From positions 1-64,000 of the IMG/VR virus record IMGVR_UViG_3300028734_000012: 64,000 nucleotides of DNA. One strand, 5' to 3'. The translations under genes and the position numbers were made by a program. How positions within the stretch are numbered: position 1 is the stretch's first letter; every line of letters begins with the position of its first letter. Below are positions 47,346-58,029 of this stretch, in pieces. Source of the stretch: a virus. A model generated the notes under the pieces. That model saw only the letters and a list, made by a program, of their open reading frames with translations, searched no databases and was not told the origin of the DNA.

Positions 47346-47714
47346 ATGGTAGGAATAGAAATAATTATAACTTTAATCATTATGTCTATATTTGTATTTA
47401 TAGGAACGCAATGTCTTGAATGGAGTTCTCATATTGATATAGTAAAATCCTATACCGAAAAATACGGATGGTCATCGTTCAAAACGTTTAAGAAAAATTT
47501 CGATGCTACTGAATGGACTGATATGGATAATGATAAATACTACGTCAGTAGATATCTTAATAAGAATTTAATTAGCAAAACTTCTCAATATATTTTTAAG
47601 TTTAATAATATCGGAATGATTATGAAAACACCACTTGCATTTTTTAGAGCAAGAAGATATATAATAAAATATAAAAAAGCTATGAACAAAAAAGAATTAT
47701 ATAAATGGGAATAA
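47346..47714 (+). CDS. membrane-anchored protein, paralog family member 4
   Basis: Same motifs, ends LYKWE. Confidence 0.8.
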   Translation: MVGIEIIITLIIMSIFVFIGTQCLEWSSHIDIVKSYTEKYGWSSFKTFKKNFDATEWTDMDNDKYYVSRYLNKNLISKTSQYIFKFNNIGMIMKTPLAFFRARRYIIKYKKAMNKKELYKWE

Positions 47715-47727
47715 TGAGGTAACACAA

Positions 47728-47934
47728 ATGATAGATTTAACAAAAGAGAATACTCACACGCTATTAAAATGGATGCTATACACAAGACAATTTAGCGGTA
47801 AGTTTAACCCACATAATGGTGATGTATATGTCACATATGATGAGTTAAAAGCTGAACTAGCTAAACGTGAACACGTCCCTAGCCACGCTGAATCAAAAAG
47901 AAAAAGAATTGAAAAAATTAAAAGGGGTATCTAA
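47728..47934 (+). CDS. hypothetical protein
   Basis: LKAELAKREHVP motif, RBS. Confidence 0.7.
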   Translation: MIDLTKENTHTLLKWMLYTRQFSGKFNPHNGDVYVTYDELKAELAKREHVPSHAESKRKRIEKIKRGI

Positions 47935-47935
47935 G

Positions 47936-48178
47936 ATGTTTAAAAAAATATGGACTGCCATCAAGAAGTTTTTCGCAGAGCCGCAAACAACATGGAGTGT
48001 TACATTGACTGATAGGTTAGACCTTCACCCTTGTGTACAATGCCAATATGGGGTACAAGGTGAGCCTTGCAATCGTTGTACACACCCACAAAGCGGCTTA
48101 TTACTAGTTCCTCATGATTATTGGGTCTATGATAGACCAAGTTTTTGCCCACTCATCAAAAATGAGGTAAAAGATTGA
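47936..48178 (+). CDS. Cys-rich hypothetical protein
   Basis: Start at MFKKIW; CxxC and P.FCPL. Confidence 0.65.
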   Translation: MFKKIWTAIKKFFAEPQTTWSVTLTDRLDLHPCVQCQYGVQGEPCNRCTHPQSGLLLVPHDYWVYDRPSFCPLIKNEVKD

Positions 48179-48360
48179 AGTATGGAATATAAAATAAATT
48201 TCTAACGCATATCTTTATATTATACCCACAATTCAATTTGGAGATTATTATTTAAATTAGAAATTAATTTTTCAATTTACTTGACAATCTCCTTTTTTTA
48301 TTGTATAATAGAAACACCAGAAAAAGACGGAAGTAAAGATGTTTAACAAGGAGTAATATA

Positions 48361-48582
48361 ATGATTTTAAAACCAGTATACAATATTATTGACGAGTATT
48401 CAGTTGAAGTATTTCTTAGGGCACATATTTGGGATAATAAAAAAGAGCCTTATTTTTGGTGTCTACAAGGTCACAGAAGGTCTACCGATGGTTGGACTAA
48501 TGAAGGTAGCGGATGGGCTGTATCGCCAGAACAAGCATTCAAAGATGCTACGGCATACCATGAAAGGATAATTAAGCTATGA
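48361..48582 (+). CDS. hypothetical protein
   Basis: ORF, RBS. Confidence 0.7.
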   Translation: MILKPVYNIIDEYSVEVFLRAHIWDNKKEPYFWCLQGHRRSTDGWTNEGSGWAVSPEQAFKDATAYHERIIKL

Positions 48583-48998
48583 CAACAGAAGTAATGACAG
48601 TAGAAACACCGATTATGCAACAAATACAAGTCGGTACTAAATCATCCAAACAATTAAGATACGTTGCAGAGGATGGTAAAGATTTTAAATATGCATCAGA
48701 TTGTGAAAAATATGAGCATAAGTTAGCAATTGATAAAATCCTTGCCGACGTTAAACATGTAAGAGCATATTGTGATGATTTTAACGATTGGTATCTATTC
48801 AAGGATGAGGATACTCTAAGAAGATATATTCTACTAATCAGCAAAGAAAATATTGGATTTTTAGAGGATATTTTCTTCCCACAATGGATTGGCATTAGAC
48901 TAAATGAAAGCCAAAATTCAAGAGATTGGTATAGCTTTACAACGTTAGATATGGCTAAATCGGAGTTTAAATTATTTGAAGACACATTAAATAGTTAA
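48579..48998 (+). CDS. hypothetical protein
   Basis: Y.A.DG..F....C..YE motif. Confidence 0.7.
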   Translation: MTTEVMTVETPIMQQIQVGTKSSKQLRYVAEDGKDFKYASDCEKYEHKLAIDKILADVKHVRAYCDDFNDWYLFKDEDTLRRYILLISKENIGFLEDIFFPQWIGIRLNESQNSRDWYSFTTLDMAKSEFKLFEDTLNS

Positions 48999-49008
48999 GG
49001 AGAATATT

Positions 49009-49449
49009 ATGGATAATTGTAGTTTGGTCAATGCAGACCTTAGATATCTAGGCAACCTACCCTCATTCATTTCAGAAGATAAGAAAGTCTACGCAACAAA
49101 ATTCGGAACAGGCATTGTAAAAAACGGCACGATATTTAACGGCGAATGCAGAATTGAAAACATTACTTTTTATCTGTATAGTGACGGTTTCCTTGCTACT
49201 TATAGACACCCCGTTTCAAGAGTTGAAACGAATATGGTACTAGGCGAAGAGGTTAAACTATACAAAAAGAGTACAACGTATAAATTAACCGTCAGCCAAA
49301 TTTTAACAACCATGTACAGAAACAGATGTAACAGCTATTATGTCAATATGTTTAAAAATGCGGTGTGCAATACCTTAAAATCGTATTTTATTCTTACATC
49401 ATTTCAAGAGAAATTAATCACGATGATTAAGGTTTCAACTTTTAATTAA
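49009..49449 (+). CDS. hypothetical protein
   Basis: ORF, RBS. Confidence 0.7.
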   Translation: MDNCSLVNADLRYLGNLPSFISEDKKVYATKFGTGIVKNGTIFNGECRIENITFYLYSDGFLATYRHPVSRVETNMVLGEEVKLYKKSTTYKLTVSQILTTMYRNRCNSYYVNMFKNAVCNTLKSYFILTSFQEKLITMIKVSTFN

Positions 49450-49669
49450 TTAATTGTATATTTAATTGGAAATTGGGCATAATATTATTAATATTATATT
49501 TTAAATAAATTATCAATTTACTTGACAAATTCTATTTAGTATAGTATAATAAATTATAGAAAGAGATTCAAAAAAATGACAATTGATATCATCGAAACCG
49601 AAGACAAGCCATTAACGGAAGAAGAGATATTGGAAATTCTCGAACTACTATGCAAGTAATATTTAAGGA

Positions 49670-50005
49670 ATGATTTATTTGGGGTTTTTTATATTTTTAG
49701 GATTAGCTATTGTTTGCGTGTTAATCTATACTGTGTACACTAAATACTCAACGTACACAGTAACACGCAACATACATAATAAAGTAAAAGAAATACTGGA
49801 AACGAATAGAAAAGAAGAGGAAAATATGAAAGATGTTTTAGTAAAATTAAAGAGCGAACTGGATTCTTATCAGAAAGTTAACGATACATTCTGTACTCCA
49901 TGTGATAAAAAAGATTGTAAAGAGTGTTTGCATAATCAAGAAAAAGATGATATTGACGATAGATATATGGAAATTATCAAATTGATTAGGGGGAATAAAC
50001 AGTGA
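49670..50005 (+). CDS. membrane-anchored hypothetical protein
   Basis: N-terminal TM, Cys cluster. Confidence 0.6.
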   Translation: MIYLGFFIFLGLAIVCVLIYTVYTKYSTYTVTRNIHNKVKEILETNRKEEENMKDVLVKLKSELDSYQKVNDTFCTPCDKKDCKECLHNQEKDDIDDRYMEIIKLIRGNKQ

Positions 50006-50457
50006 TTTTTATTTTAATTACTTTTATCCTGTTTTTAGCTTATGCATTTGAAACTCATAAAAAGGAAACGAAAAAAACGGCTACTGAACACGTTACTACT
50101 TTTTTTGCAATGTTATGTGACGGCATACTTGGATTCTTCGTTGGCATTTTAATCTATCTACTCTTAGGGAATACCATAGGTTCTTTACTTCCATATAATA
50201 CAAAGTTATTAGAAACATATAAAATTGTTAATATTGATGAAACTCATATGGAGTACGTAGTAAAGACAAACGATGGATTTGATATTTTTAATACAAAAGA
50301 TAAGAACGTACATATCAATTATATAACCACTGGGGTAGCCCACATTGACAGCTATTACGCTACATATGATAATGACTTTGATATAAGATATTTAATCGCA
50401 TACCCATCTGATTACGGCAAAAGAAACTGTTACGAATTATACATACCGAAACATTAA
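50002..50457 (+). CDS. two-TM membrane protein
   Basis: Paralog of 50472 and 9088 (two TMs, IV motif, C-terminal Y.[LI]Y[IV]). Confidence 0.7.
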   Translation: MIFILITFILFLAYAFETHKKETKKTATEHVTTFFAMLCDGILGFFVGILIYLLLGNTIGSLLPYNTKLLETYKIVNIDETHMEYVVKTNDGFDIFNTKDKNVHINYITTGVAHIDSYYATYDNDFDIRYLIAYPSDYGKRNCYELYIPKH

Positions 50458-50471
50458 AGGAGAAAAGAAAA

Positions 50472-50903
50472 ATGATTTATTTATTTATAGGAACTATTGG
50501 TGGAATAGTAGTAGCTTTTCTTGCAGATGCTTTTACTCATGAGAAGTTTATAGATTGGGTTAAGACTATCTTCAACGCACTTTTTTGCGCTATTGTCGGT
50601 TTTGCAATGGGTGCAATGGCTACTATTGCATTTAGTATAGGTGCTGGGCTTGCTATTCCCGCAGAAGTCCATGCGGTAAGCACAACCAATATCGTTGCAT
50701 ATGATACACACTCATACCAAACCACAGAGGGTAACTACATACTGCTCCATGATATAACTGATAAAACGGTTCATATTGAGAAAACAGATGGTCAACAGCA
50801 TGTTACACACTATGAATCATACTACAAAGATACATGGAAATATATCTTTTTTATACCCAACATCAATATTGATTACTACACTTTATATGTGAATAAAACA
50901 TGA
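50472..50903 (+). CDS. two-TM membrane protein
   Basis: Paralog of 50002. Confidence 0.7.
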   Translation: MIYLFIGTIGGIVVAFLADAFTHEKFIDWVKTIFNALFCAIVGFAMGAMATIAFSIGAGLAIPAEVHAVSTTNIVAYDTHSYQTTEGNYILLHDITDKTVHIEKTDGQQHVTHYESYYKDTWKYIFFIPNINIDYYTLYVNKT

Positions 50904-50931
50904 CTTTTATGTTGAAAGGAAACTAAACGGA

Positions 50932-51198
50932 ATGGATAAAAATATAGCAATTTACTTTGAATATGATGACGGATGGATGATTGTTTTATACTGTAATGGT
51001 AAAAATGTAAAATATTGGAACTGCGACGAACACTATTGGGATGATGCCTGTGAATATATTAACTTACTTAATAAGTATGAAAAAGTGTTAAAGCTACATC
51101 TAAAACTTAAAGCCCACGAAGATATAGATAAATATGATATCTTTGATTTAACTGAATCAGATATTGAAGAATTAAAATCTATTAGTCGAGAAAGATGA
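50932..51198 (+). CDS. hypothetical protein
   Basis: ORF. Confidence 0.6.
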   Translation: MDKNIAIYFEYDDGWMIVLYCNGKNVKYWNCDEHYWDDACEYINLLNKYEKVLKLHLKLKAHEDIDKYDIFDLTESDIEELKSISRER

Positions 51199-51204
51199 TA
51201 AAAA

Positions 51205-51399
51205 ATGAAATGCTATAAATATGAAGGAAATTCTACAGTTTGGGAAGGATATTCTTATATTATCTTTGCGGATAATTTAGACGAAGCTAAACAAATGTTT
51301 AAAGATTCTTGTGGAGAGAAATTTATAGAAGCAGACGAAAATTGGATAGAAATCCAAATGACTAAGCATATTGAATTATTCAGCGAATGGTGTGATTAA
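51205..51399 (+). CDS. hypothetical protein
   Basis: IIFADNLDEAK motif. Confidence 0.6.
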   Translation: MKCYKYEGNSTVWEGYSYIIFADNLDEAKQMFKDSCGEKFIEADENWIEIQMTKHIELFSEWCD

Positions 51400-51420
51400 A
51401 AAAAATAGGGAGTAAATTCG

Positions 51421-52452
51421 ATGATAAATGTATATAACGCAGAAGACATATTGGCTGTAAAAAAAGTTGGAGATTTATTTGCCAACGATGTAAACTCACT
51501 AAAAAAGGATTACAGACTGCTTGTAAAAATATGGCATCCAGATGTAAATTCAGATAAACAAGCAGGAAGTGTCATGAATTATATCAACACGTTATATGAA
51601 CATGCCAACTTACTAATCAAAAATAACCAATGGGAAGTAAGTAATCAAGCCCAGTACATTTCTAATAAAGATGAAGTTATTTCAATTAACTTTCAACTTG
51701 AAAAGAATTTTGAATTAGGCAAGTATTACGTTTGTTCTAATAAAGTAGTATATGTTATTGATAAGAGCAAAGAAAATCTTGCCAATAATGCCGTGAAAAT
51801 GATGGCATCATTTAGTTTTGCAGACGATGAAATGGAAAGAGAAATTAGAAAACTTCTTCCCAAAGTAATCCATTATTACTTGACGAAAGACGGAAAATAC
51901 GTTATAATTGAAATAGAGAAAACGAATGACTTACTTCCGTTATCAGAGATATTAAAACATTACAATGGTATAATTCCGCACAAACATGTGGCATGGATAA
52001 TGAGTAGGCTAAATAACCTTATTTGTTATCTGCAATGGTCGGGATTAGCACACAATGGTATTTCTTTAGATACTTGTTTCATATCCCCAATGTATCACAG
52101 CGTAGTTGTTTATGGTGGTTGGTGGTATGCTAGACCACTTGGCGAATCTCTAAAAGCAACGTCGAAAGATGTTTACGATATAATTCCTTTCTCTGTTAAG
52201 AACAAAAAGGTTTCAAGCATTCTTACTGACATCGAATCCGTTAAAGCTTTAGGTAGACAGCTATTGGGTGACAGAAGTGGTTATCGCATGGACAACACTA
52301 CCCCTAAATCCTTTACTGATTTTCTAAGCAAAACTAACGCTAAAAACGGATTCGAGAATTACAATAATTGGTCTAAAGTACTACACGAATCATATGGTGT
52401 ACGTAAATTTATACCAATGGAGATAAATGAAAACGAACTGTACACAGGATGA
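51421..52452 (+). CDS. J-domain + kinase-like (pseudokinase) protein
   Basis: YR.L.K.WHPD; kinase-like C-lobe with AHNGIS and GGWWY replacing HRD/DFG. Confidence 0.7.
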   Translation: MINVYNAEDILAVKKVGDLFANDVNSLKKDYRLLVKIWHPDVNSDKQAGSVMNYINTLYEHANLLIKNNQWEVSNQAQYISNKDEVISINFQLEKNFELGKYYVCSNKVVYVIDKSKENLANNAVKMMASFSFADDEMEREIRKLLPKVIHYYLTKDGKYVIIEIEKTNDLLPLSEILKHYNGIIPHKHVAWIMSRLNNLICYLQWSGLAHNGISLDTCFISPMYHSVVVYGGWWYARPLGESLKATSKDVYDIIPFSVKNKKVSSILTDIESVKALGRQLLGDRSGYRMDNTTPKSFTDFLSKTNAKNGFENYNNWSKVLHESYGVRKFIPMEINENELYTG

Positions 52453-52477
52453 CGTAAAATATTAAGGAGCAACAAAA

Positions 52478-52744
52478 ATGCAGACGATATCGAACAGAGA
52501 GTACTACGAAGGAATAAAAGATAAAGCCGTTATTATTTATGATAAAGGACAAAACACAGAAGAATTAAGCAAAACAAAAACCGTTATCCTACGTTGCAGA
52601 GATGGGTATGCCCATTCGGACTATCTTGTTCTAAGTAATATGTGGGAACTGGAAGAGTTTGAATTGGCTTTAATCTGTGATGGCGGCAATCTATGTTTTG
52701 GTTATAGGGCTTCTGGAAATATGATATCAGTCTATAATGATTAA
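52478..52744 (+). CDS. hypothetical protein
   Basis: ELALICDGGNLCFG motif. Confidence 0.7.
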   Translation: MQTISNREYYEGIKDKAVIIYDKGQNTEELSKTKTVILRCRDGYAHSDYLVLSNMWELEEFELALICDGGNLCFGYRASGNMISVYND

Positions 52745-53060
52745 GGAGAAAAAAATGGCTAAATTAATTAAAACCTTTGAAAAAGGAATTGACAAAACCG
52801 AGTTAACTTTCATGGGCGGCACATTTACTGTTACTATGATTCCAACGGACTATGGCTCTAAAAGTATCGAAAAATCGTTAGATATACAAATTAAGGCATA
52901 TCTTAATAGTTCTTACACAGACATTGATACAGAATCAAAGTTAATGGAAGAAGTTTTCGATGTTCTTGATATAATTGATTCTGACGAAGATGAAGATAGA
53001 TTGGACGACCTAGAAGTCCTTGATAAATTTGAAGCAGAGGTTGGATATCATGCTGATTAG
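52737..53060 (+). CDS. acidic hypothetical protein
   Basis: ORF; probable start MAKL. Confidence 0.65.
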   Translation: MIKEKKMAKLIKTFEKGIDKTELTFMGGTFTVTMIPTDYGSKSIEKSLDIQIKAYLNSSYTDIDTESKLMEEVFDVLDIIDSDEDEDRLDDLEVLDKFEAEVGYHAD

Positions 53061-53334
53061 GTCACAAGATAAAACGATGCTGATTCCAATGGATAAGTTT
53101 ATTATAGGATTATATAATTATCAAGGTAATTATTCCGTTGGACTATATTCTATAGAATCAGATGAATGTATCTCTACAATTGGGTCATATGATTCTGTAG
53201 AAAGAGCAATTAAGATTATTGATAAAATTCAACTTGCTTATATGAACTGTAACTTTTTTACTGCAAATCCATTGAACGGAGTAAGAACTGCCGTTAGCAT
53301 CCAAAACTCGGTGTTTGAAATGCCAGAAAGGTAG
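53050..53334 (+). CDS. conserved-type phage protein
   Basis: MLIRSQDK...G.Y...ERA...FEMP. Confidence 0.7.
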   Translation: MLIRSQDKTMLIPMDKFIIGLYNYQGNYSVGLYSIESDECISTIGSYDSVERAIKIIDKIQLAYMNCNFFTANPLNGVRTAVSIQNSVFEMPER

Positions 53335-53341
53335 TAACAAA

Positions 53342-54007
53342 ATGAAATTTAAAGGCGATATTATTATCACAGACCCATGTTATGTCACGAAAAAAAGATA
53401 TGATTTTTGGAGTGACCCAACGTATCCTAAATGGAAAGATTATATGATAGACGATAAGCTATGTCTAATTAAAAACACAGAAATTTTTATTAATGAATCA
53501 AAAGATGCAGAACAAAAAAAATTCAGAAAAATTTGGGTGAGTGCGTGTAGGGATGCATTAGATTTAGCAGAAGAAAAATGGAAAAAAGACCATAAAGAAT
53601 TAATGAAAGATGATTGGGAAGACTGTGGATTCGGAGAAGATATGTCCGTTTTAGGATTTACCACTTTTATTTCAGAAGATACGTTATATGGTGATTGGTC
53701 ATGCACTACATATGAAACTGATTCTAAAAAAGAATTAGGTAATTTTTGTGCTGATGCAGGAATGGTTTGTGTATTATTACTTGATGAAGTTTTAAAATAC
53801 AATCCAGACTTTAATTATCATATTACAAAACCTTGGACTACTACTTTAATTAAAGATTTCGACGGAGATATTTATACGGAAGTTTCCCCTGTTGAAGATT
53901 ATTCAGATGAAGAATTTGATTCAGAAGACGAAAGTTGTGAATTAGAATTACTTAAAGTAATTGGTGTGGGTAATGTGAATTTTTATACCTCACAGACAGG
54001 ATACTAA
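53342..54007 (+). CDS. conserved-type phage protein
   Basis: IIITDPCY, YGDWSC, FCADAGMVCV. Confidence 0.75.
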   Translation: MKFKGDIIITDPCYVTKKRYDFWSDPTYPKWKDYMIDDKLCLIKNTEIFINESKDAEQKKFRKIWVSACRDALDLAEEKWKKDHKELMKDDWEDCGFGEDMSVLGFTTFISEDTLYGDWSCTTYETDSKKELGNFCADAGMVCVLLLDEVLKYNPDFNYHITKPWTTTLIKDFDGDIYTEVSPVEDYSDEEFDSEDESCELELLKVIGVGNVNFYTSQTGY

Positions 54008-54272
54008 TATGGGTAATGACAACGGAGATTCTAAAATAAGTAAGGATAAATGCCCTTATCTTTCAAGCAAAGAGGACTATTGGGGAACTACTAGCTATCC
54101 AATATGTACTTGCGGCTTCAAGCATTGCAAAGAAGACGTTGGGTATTGTCCGATAAAAGATAATTAATTTAATTAATTAAAAATAAAATTCTTAATTACT
54201 TGACAAATAGTATTAATAGTACTATAATATATATAGATTAAAAAATAAATAAATTTAAAGGGGTAATGACAA

Positions 54273-55208
54273 ATGTCTTCAAAAGGCAGTTGGACTAGTT
54301 CTGCATGGGATACCTATTCTAAATCAACTGGTGTAAAAAGTGTCACCGCGGCAACTGTAAGTTCTGTTTATAAATCTACGGGGTTAAAAGATTCATTAAA
54401 TCCGCTAAAATTCAAGCTAAGAGAATCAAGGGATAGCGCAGAGTATCCAAATAGTACACCAATTTTTATTGGTCTCGATGTCACAGGCTCAATGGCAGGA
54501 GTAATTACAGAGGTAATTAAAGGATTAGATACTCTTGTTACAGAAGTATACAGTCGAAAACCTATCACAGATGCACAGATTGCTTTTGGTGGTATTGGTG
54601 ATTTCGTATACGATAAAGCACCAATTCAGATTTCTCAATTTGAATCTGATATCAAAATTGCAGAAGCATTGCAGGAAATTTACTACGAAAGCTGTGGCGG
54701 TGGCAACGATTCCGAGGGTTACATTGGCGCATGGTATTATGCCGCTAATCATATCGTAAGCGATAACTACGAAAAACGTGGTAAAAAGGGTATCTTATTC
54801 ACTATTGGTGATGAATGCCCAACACCTCGTTTGACTAAGGAACAGATTAAGAAATTCATTGGCGACGATGTTCAAGTGGACAGCTATACCGCAGAGGAAC
54901 TTTTGGATGAAGTTTCTAAGAAATGGGAAGTTTATCATTTGATTATCGAACAGGGTAATTATATCAGAAACCACGGCAACAGAGATAAGGTTATTGAAAA
55001 GTGGTCATCCCTTATGGGACAGAATGCAATTCCTGTTGATGACTATACTAAGATTTCCGAAATTATCGTGTCTATTCTTCAAGCGTATGCAGGAGAAAGC
55101 ATTGATAAGATTGTATCAAGTTGGGATGGCTCAACTAGTTTGACGGTCAAGAGAGCAATTTCTGGACTAAAAACTACCGATACATCTTCTGGTTTAGTCG
55201 AATTTTAA
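54273..55208 (+). CDS. von Willebrand factor A (vWA) domain protein
   Basis: LDVTGSM MIDAS-like motif, GGGN..E.Y, FTIGDE. Confidence 0.85.
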   Translation: MSSKGSWTSSAWDTYSKSTGVKSVTAATVSSVYKSTGLKDSLNPLKFKLRESRDSAEYPNSTPIFIGLDVTGSMAGVITEVIKGLDTLVTEVYSRKPITDAQIAFGGIGDFVYDKAPIQISQFESDIKIAEALQEIYYESCGGGNDSEGYIGAWYYAANHIVSDNYEKRGKKGILFTIGDECPTPRLTKEQIKKFIGDDVQVDSYTAEELLDEVSKKWEVYHLIIEQGNYIRNHGNRDKVIEKWSSLMGQNAIPVDDYTKISEIIVSILQAYAGESIDKIVSSWDGSTSLTVKRAISGLKTTDTSSGLVEF

Positions 55209-55310
55209 TTAAATAATTAATTTAAAAATAGATTTGTCAATTACTTGACAAATCTATTTTTTTGTTGTATAATTAATACACAAGATAAAAGAATTAGAGA
55301 GGTAATTAAA

Positions 55311-56528
55311 ATGAAAAAAATTAAAATCGTTATTGGAGCAAATTTCGGTGATGAGGGCAAAGGATTAATGACAGATTATTTCTCAACTAGCCCAAATACA
55401 ATTGTAGTTTGTCACAATGGTGGCGCACAAAAAGGGCATACTGTTGTCACACCAGATGGTAAACGTCACGTTTTTAACCATTTTGGTTCTGGTACATTAG
55501 CAAATGCAGAAACCTATTTGAGCGAGGATTACATCGTTAACCCTATGTTATTTCATAGAGAATACAACGAATTGTCAGATATGGGATATTTAATAGACTG
55601 TGCCCCTATGGTATTCGTAAATGAAAAATGCTTAATCACTACACCTTATGATATGATGATTAATCAAATCGTTGAAGAACAACGTAGTGGAGATAAACAC
55701 GGCTCATGCGGCACTGGTATTTTTGAAACAATTGTTCGTAACAGAAATGAAACTTTTAACCTAAATGCAAAGAAAGTTTTCAGCGATAATCTGTGGATGG
55801 ATTCATATGTTTCTTCAATGATGAACCGTATTAAAACTATTTATACCTCTAAAAGACTTTCAGAACTTAACGTAAATATTAAAGATACAAAATGGGAACA
55901 TTTAATTTATGATGACAACGAGATTATAAGCAACTATATGAAAGATATTCAATTCATGAAAGAGCATGTTATTATCGTTAATGACAGTCAAGAAAAATCA
56001 TTGTTAAATGGTCATGACAACATTGTGTTTGAAGGCGCACAGGGACTACTACTTGACCAAAACAACACAGATTACTTCCCTAACCTTACACCATCCAACA
56101 CTGGACTTACCAATCCCGTCAAGATTTTGAAAGCCAACGGACTTACCAGTGAGGATATCGAAGTGTGCTACGTAACGCGCAGTTACGCTACCAGACACGG
56201 CGCAGGACGCTTTGAAACGGAATGCGAGAGTAAACTTATAGCCGAAGATTTAGTCGATTCTACGAACATACAGAACCCCTTTCAAGATACAATCCGCTAC
56301 GGCAAGTTGGACGTAGACTTAATGATGAAAAATATCAAGAATGATTTAAGTATTGTGGACTTTGAAATCAAAACTTCAATAGCAATTACGCATCTTGATG
56401 AAACTAGGGGATTTATTCGTTGCAAAGATTATGATAGACTTCCAGTTGATTCAAAGTTTTCTAAATTTAATCATACGTATGCATCATGGGGTGCATCAAG
56501 AGTTAAAATAACTAAAACTGTGAGGTAA
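55311..56528 (+). CDS. purA: adenylosuccinate synthetase-like protein (divergent PurA family)
   Basis: GANFGDEGKG, GG...GHT, HGSCG.GI, FEGAQG.LLD, TRHGAG. Confidence 0.85.
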   Translation: MKKIKIVIGANFGDEGKGLMTDYFSTSPNTIVVCHNGGAQKGHTVVTPDGKRHVFNHFGSGTLANAETYLSEDYIVNPMLFHREYNELSDMGYLIDCAPMVFVNEKCLITTPYDMMINQIVEEQRSGDKHGSCGTGIFETIVRNRNETFNLNAKKVFSDNLWMDSYVSSMMNRIKTIYTSKRLSELNVNIKDTKWEHLIYDDNEIISNYMKDIQFMKEHVIIVNDSQEKSLLNGHDNIVFEGAQGLLLDQNNTDYFPNLTPSNTGLTNPVKILKANGLTSEDIEVCYVTRSYATRHGAGRFETECESKLIAEDLVDSTNIQNPFQDTIRYGKLDVDLMMKNIKNDLSIVDFEIKTSIAITHLDETRGFIRCKDYDRLPVDSKFSKFNHTYASWGASRVKITKTVR

Positions 56529-56532
56529 AACA

Positions 56533-56856
56533 ATGCTTATATTAGAGGGTAGCCCCTATAAATCAAAAGTGGTACAAGACCTAATTACCGCAAGTTCAAA
56601 TTCTTTAGCATTTGTTCAAGACAATCCAAATATCTTATCGCCTTGTAGAAACGTTTGGAATATTGGAAGTGGTAAAATTTCGATATCTAATGTTATATCA
56701 TATGTCAAGGCTTTATATATTCTAAAATATGAATATATCATCATCTATACTAATCAAGAGAGAGATAATATAGATTTTGAAGGTTTCAAAGAACTTGAAC
56801 AGTACTGCAATTGTTTAATTATTACTTGCAAATCAAATAAAATTAAGGAGAACTAA
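56533..56856 (+). CDS. hypothetical protein
   Basis: ORF, RBS. Confidence 0.65.
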   Translation: MLILEGSPYKSKVVQDLITASSNSLAFVQDNPNILSPCRNVWNIGSGKISISNVISYVKALYILKYEYIIIYTNQERDNIDFEGFKELEQYCNCLIITCKSNKIKEN

Positions 56857-57033
56857 TCATGAATGAAGACGAACAAATGAGCAAAGAGGAACTTATTTTG
56901 GAACTGGTATTGTCTTTAAATAAAGGTGGGGCATATTGGGAAACTACCGTACCTCATGCGATAAAACAATATGAGCAATTAATTTCTTACGGAATTATCA
57001 CAGAAGCAGAATAAAAGAAAGGATGATAGACAA

Positions 57034-57330
57034 ATGGATTTTTTAATATTTTACATTATCAGCACAATTATAGTTTTATTAATTAAAGCTATAATTATCA
57101 AATCAGTATCCAATCAATTAAAGAGAGAACTTCCAGATTTTAAAGAAAAGCAAAAAAAAATTACAATTTCTGAAAAGATAGCTAATAATTTAATGCTTCT
57201 TTTGCCATTGATAAATATAGGTATTATTATTATACTTATATTTAGTCAAGATGACGTTAAAAATGATGTCAGAATAGACGTTTATGGGAAAGAAAAGAAG
57301 GAAGAGACAAATGAGAGATACTACCATTAA
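57034..57330 (+). CDS. two-TM membrane protein (paralog of 59132)
   Basis: MDFLIFYIISTII...P.IN. Confidence 0.7.
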   Translation: MDFLIFYIISTIIVLLIKAIIIKSVSNQLKRELPDFKEKQKKITISEKIANNLMLLLPLINIGIIIILIFSQDDVKNDVRIDVYGKEKKEETNERYYH

Positions 57331-57859
57331 TTATAGACCAGAAGTTTCTAAACAATTACAAGAGATTCAAAGTTTAGCTTTGAGGGCTTATAGACAAGAT
57401 TCTCAAAAGTTTTATCTTAATGCAATTATGTTTCGCTTGGAAAAAATAGACAAAGAAAAAGCTAAAAGATTAAAGACTGTATTAAGCCAAATCGATAAAA
57501 ATTGCACAAACTATATTCCATACAGATTTAAGAAGGAATTTGGGTTTGAAATTATTTCAGCTACGCATTCAGCCCCAATCATGTTTAAAGTAATTGAAGC
57601 TGTTATCGATGATGATATTGCTAAAATTGATACAAGTGATTTTAACGAATTTGAAAAATTCATGTTAACCCAATTTATTTACTCGCTTAAAATGCCTAAT
57701 CGTAATATAAATTTAAAGCCAGATGAAAATGGATTATGCTATTATGATAAAAATCAATATCCAACATTTCAATCATCTTTAATATCGGACTTAAATTATC
57801 TTGAATATGCTACTAATATTTTAATTGACATAATGAATACACCAGATGAGGAAGGATAA
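57284..57859 (+). CDS. hypothetical protein
   Basis: ORF; probable start MRDT. Confidence 0.65.
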   Translation: MGKKRRKRQMRDTTINYRPEVSKQLQEIQSLALRAYRQDSQKFYLNAIMFRLEKIDKEKAKRLKTVLSQIDKNCTNYIPYRFKKEFGFEIISATHSAPIMFKVIEAVIDDDIAKIDTSDFNEFEKFMLTQFIYSLKMPNRNINLKPDENGLCYYDKNQYPTFQSSLISDLNYLEYATNILIDIMNTPDEEG

Positions 57860-58029
57860 ACAATGTTTTTATTTATTGCTTTTATATTAATTGTCATTGG
57901 AGCGATATTACGAAATCATGTTTCAGAAAAATATCAATATTTGTTTGGCTATACAGTTGGTAGTATAGTAATTTTTTTAATTTGTACCCAAAATTATTTT
58001 TTTTCGTAAAAATAAAAGTTTAGTTTTGT

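Noticed and set aside
45956-47714. Diversity-generating retroelement acting on the paralogs
   Set aside because: No reverse transcriptase and no template/variable repeat pair with adenine-specific differences
55311-56528. PurZ (diaminopurine DNA pathway)
   Set aside because: Has the PurA-type Asp in GDEGKG rather than the PurZ Ser; no datZ or mazZ nearby
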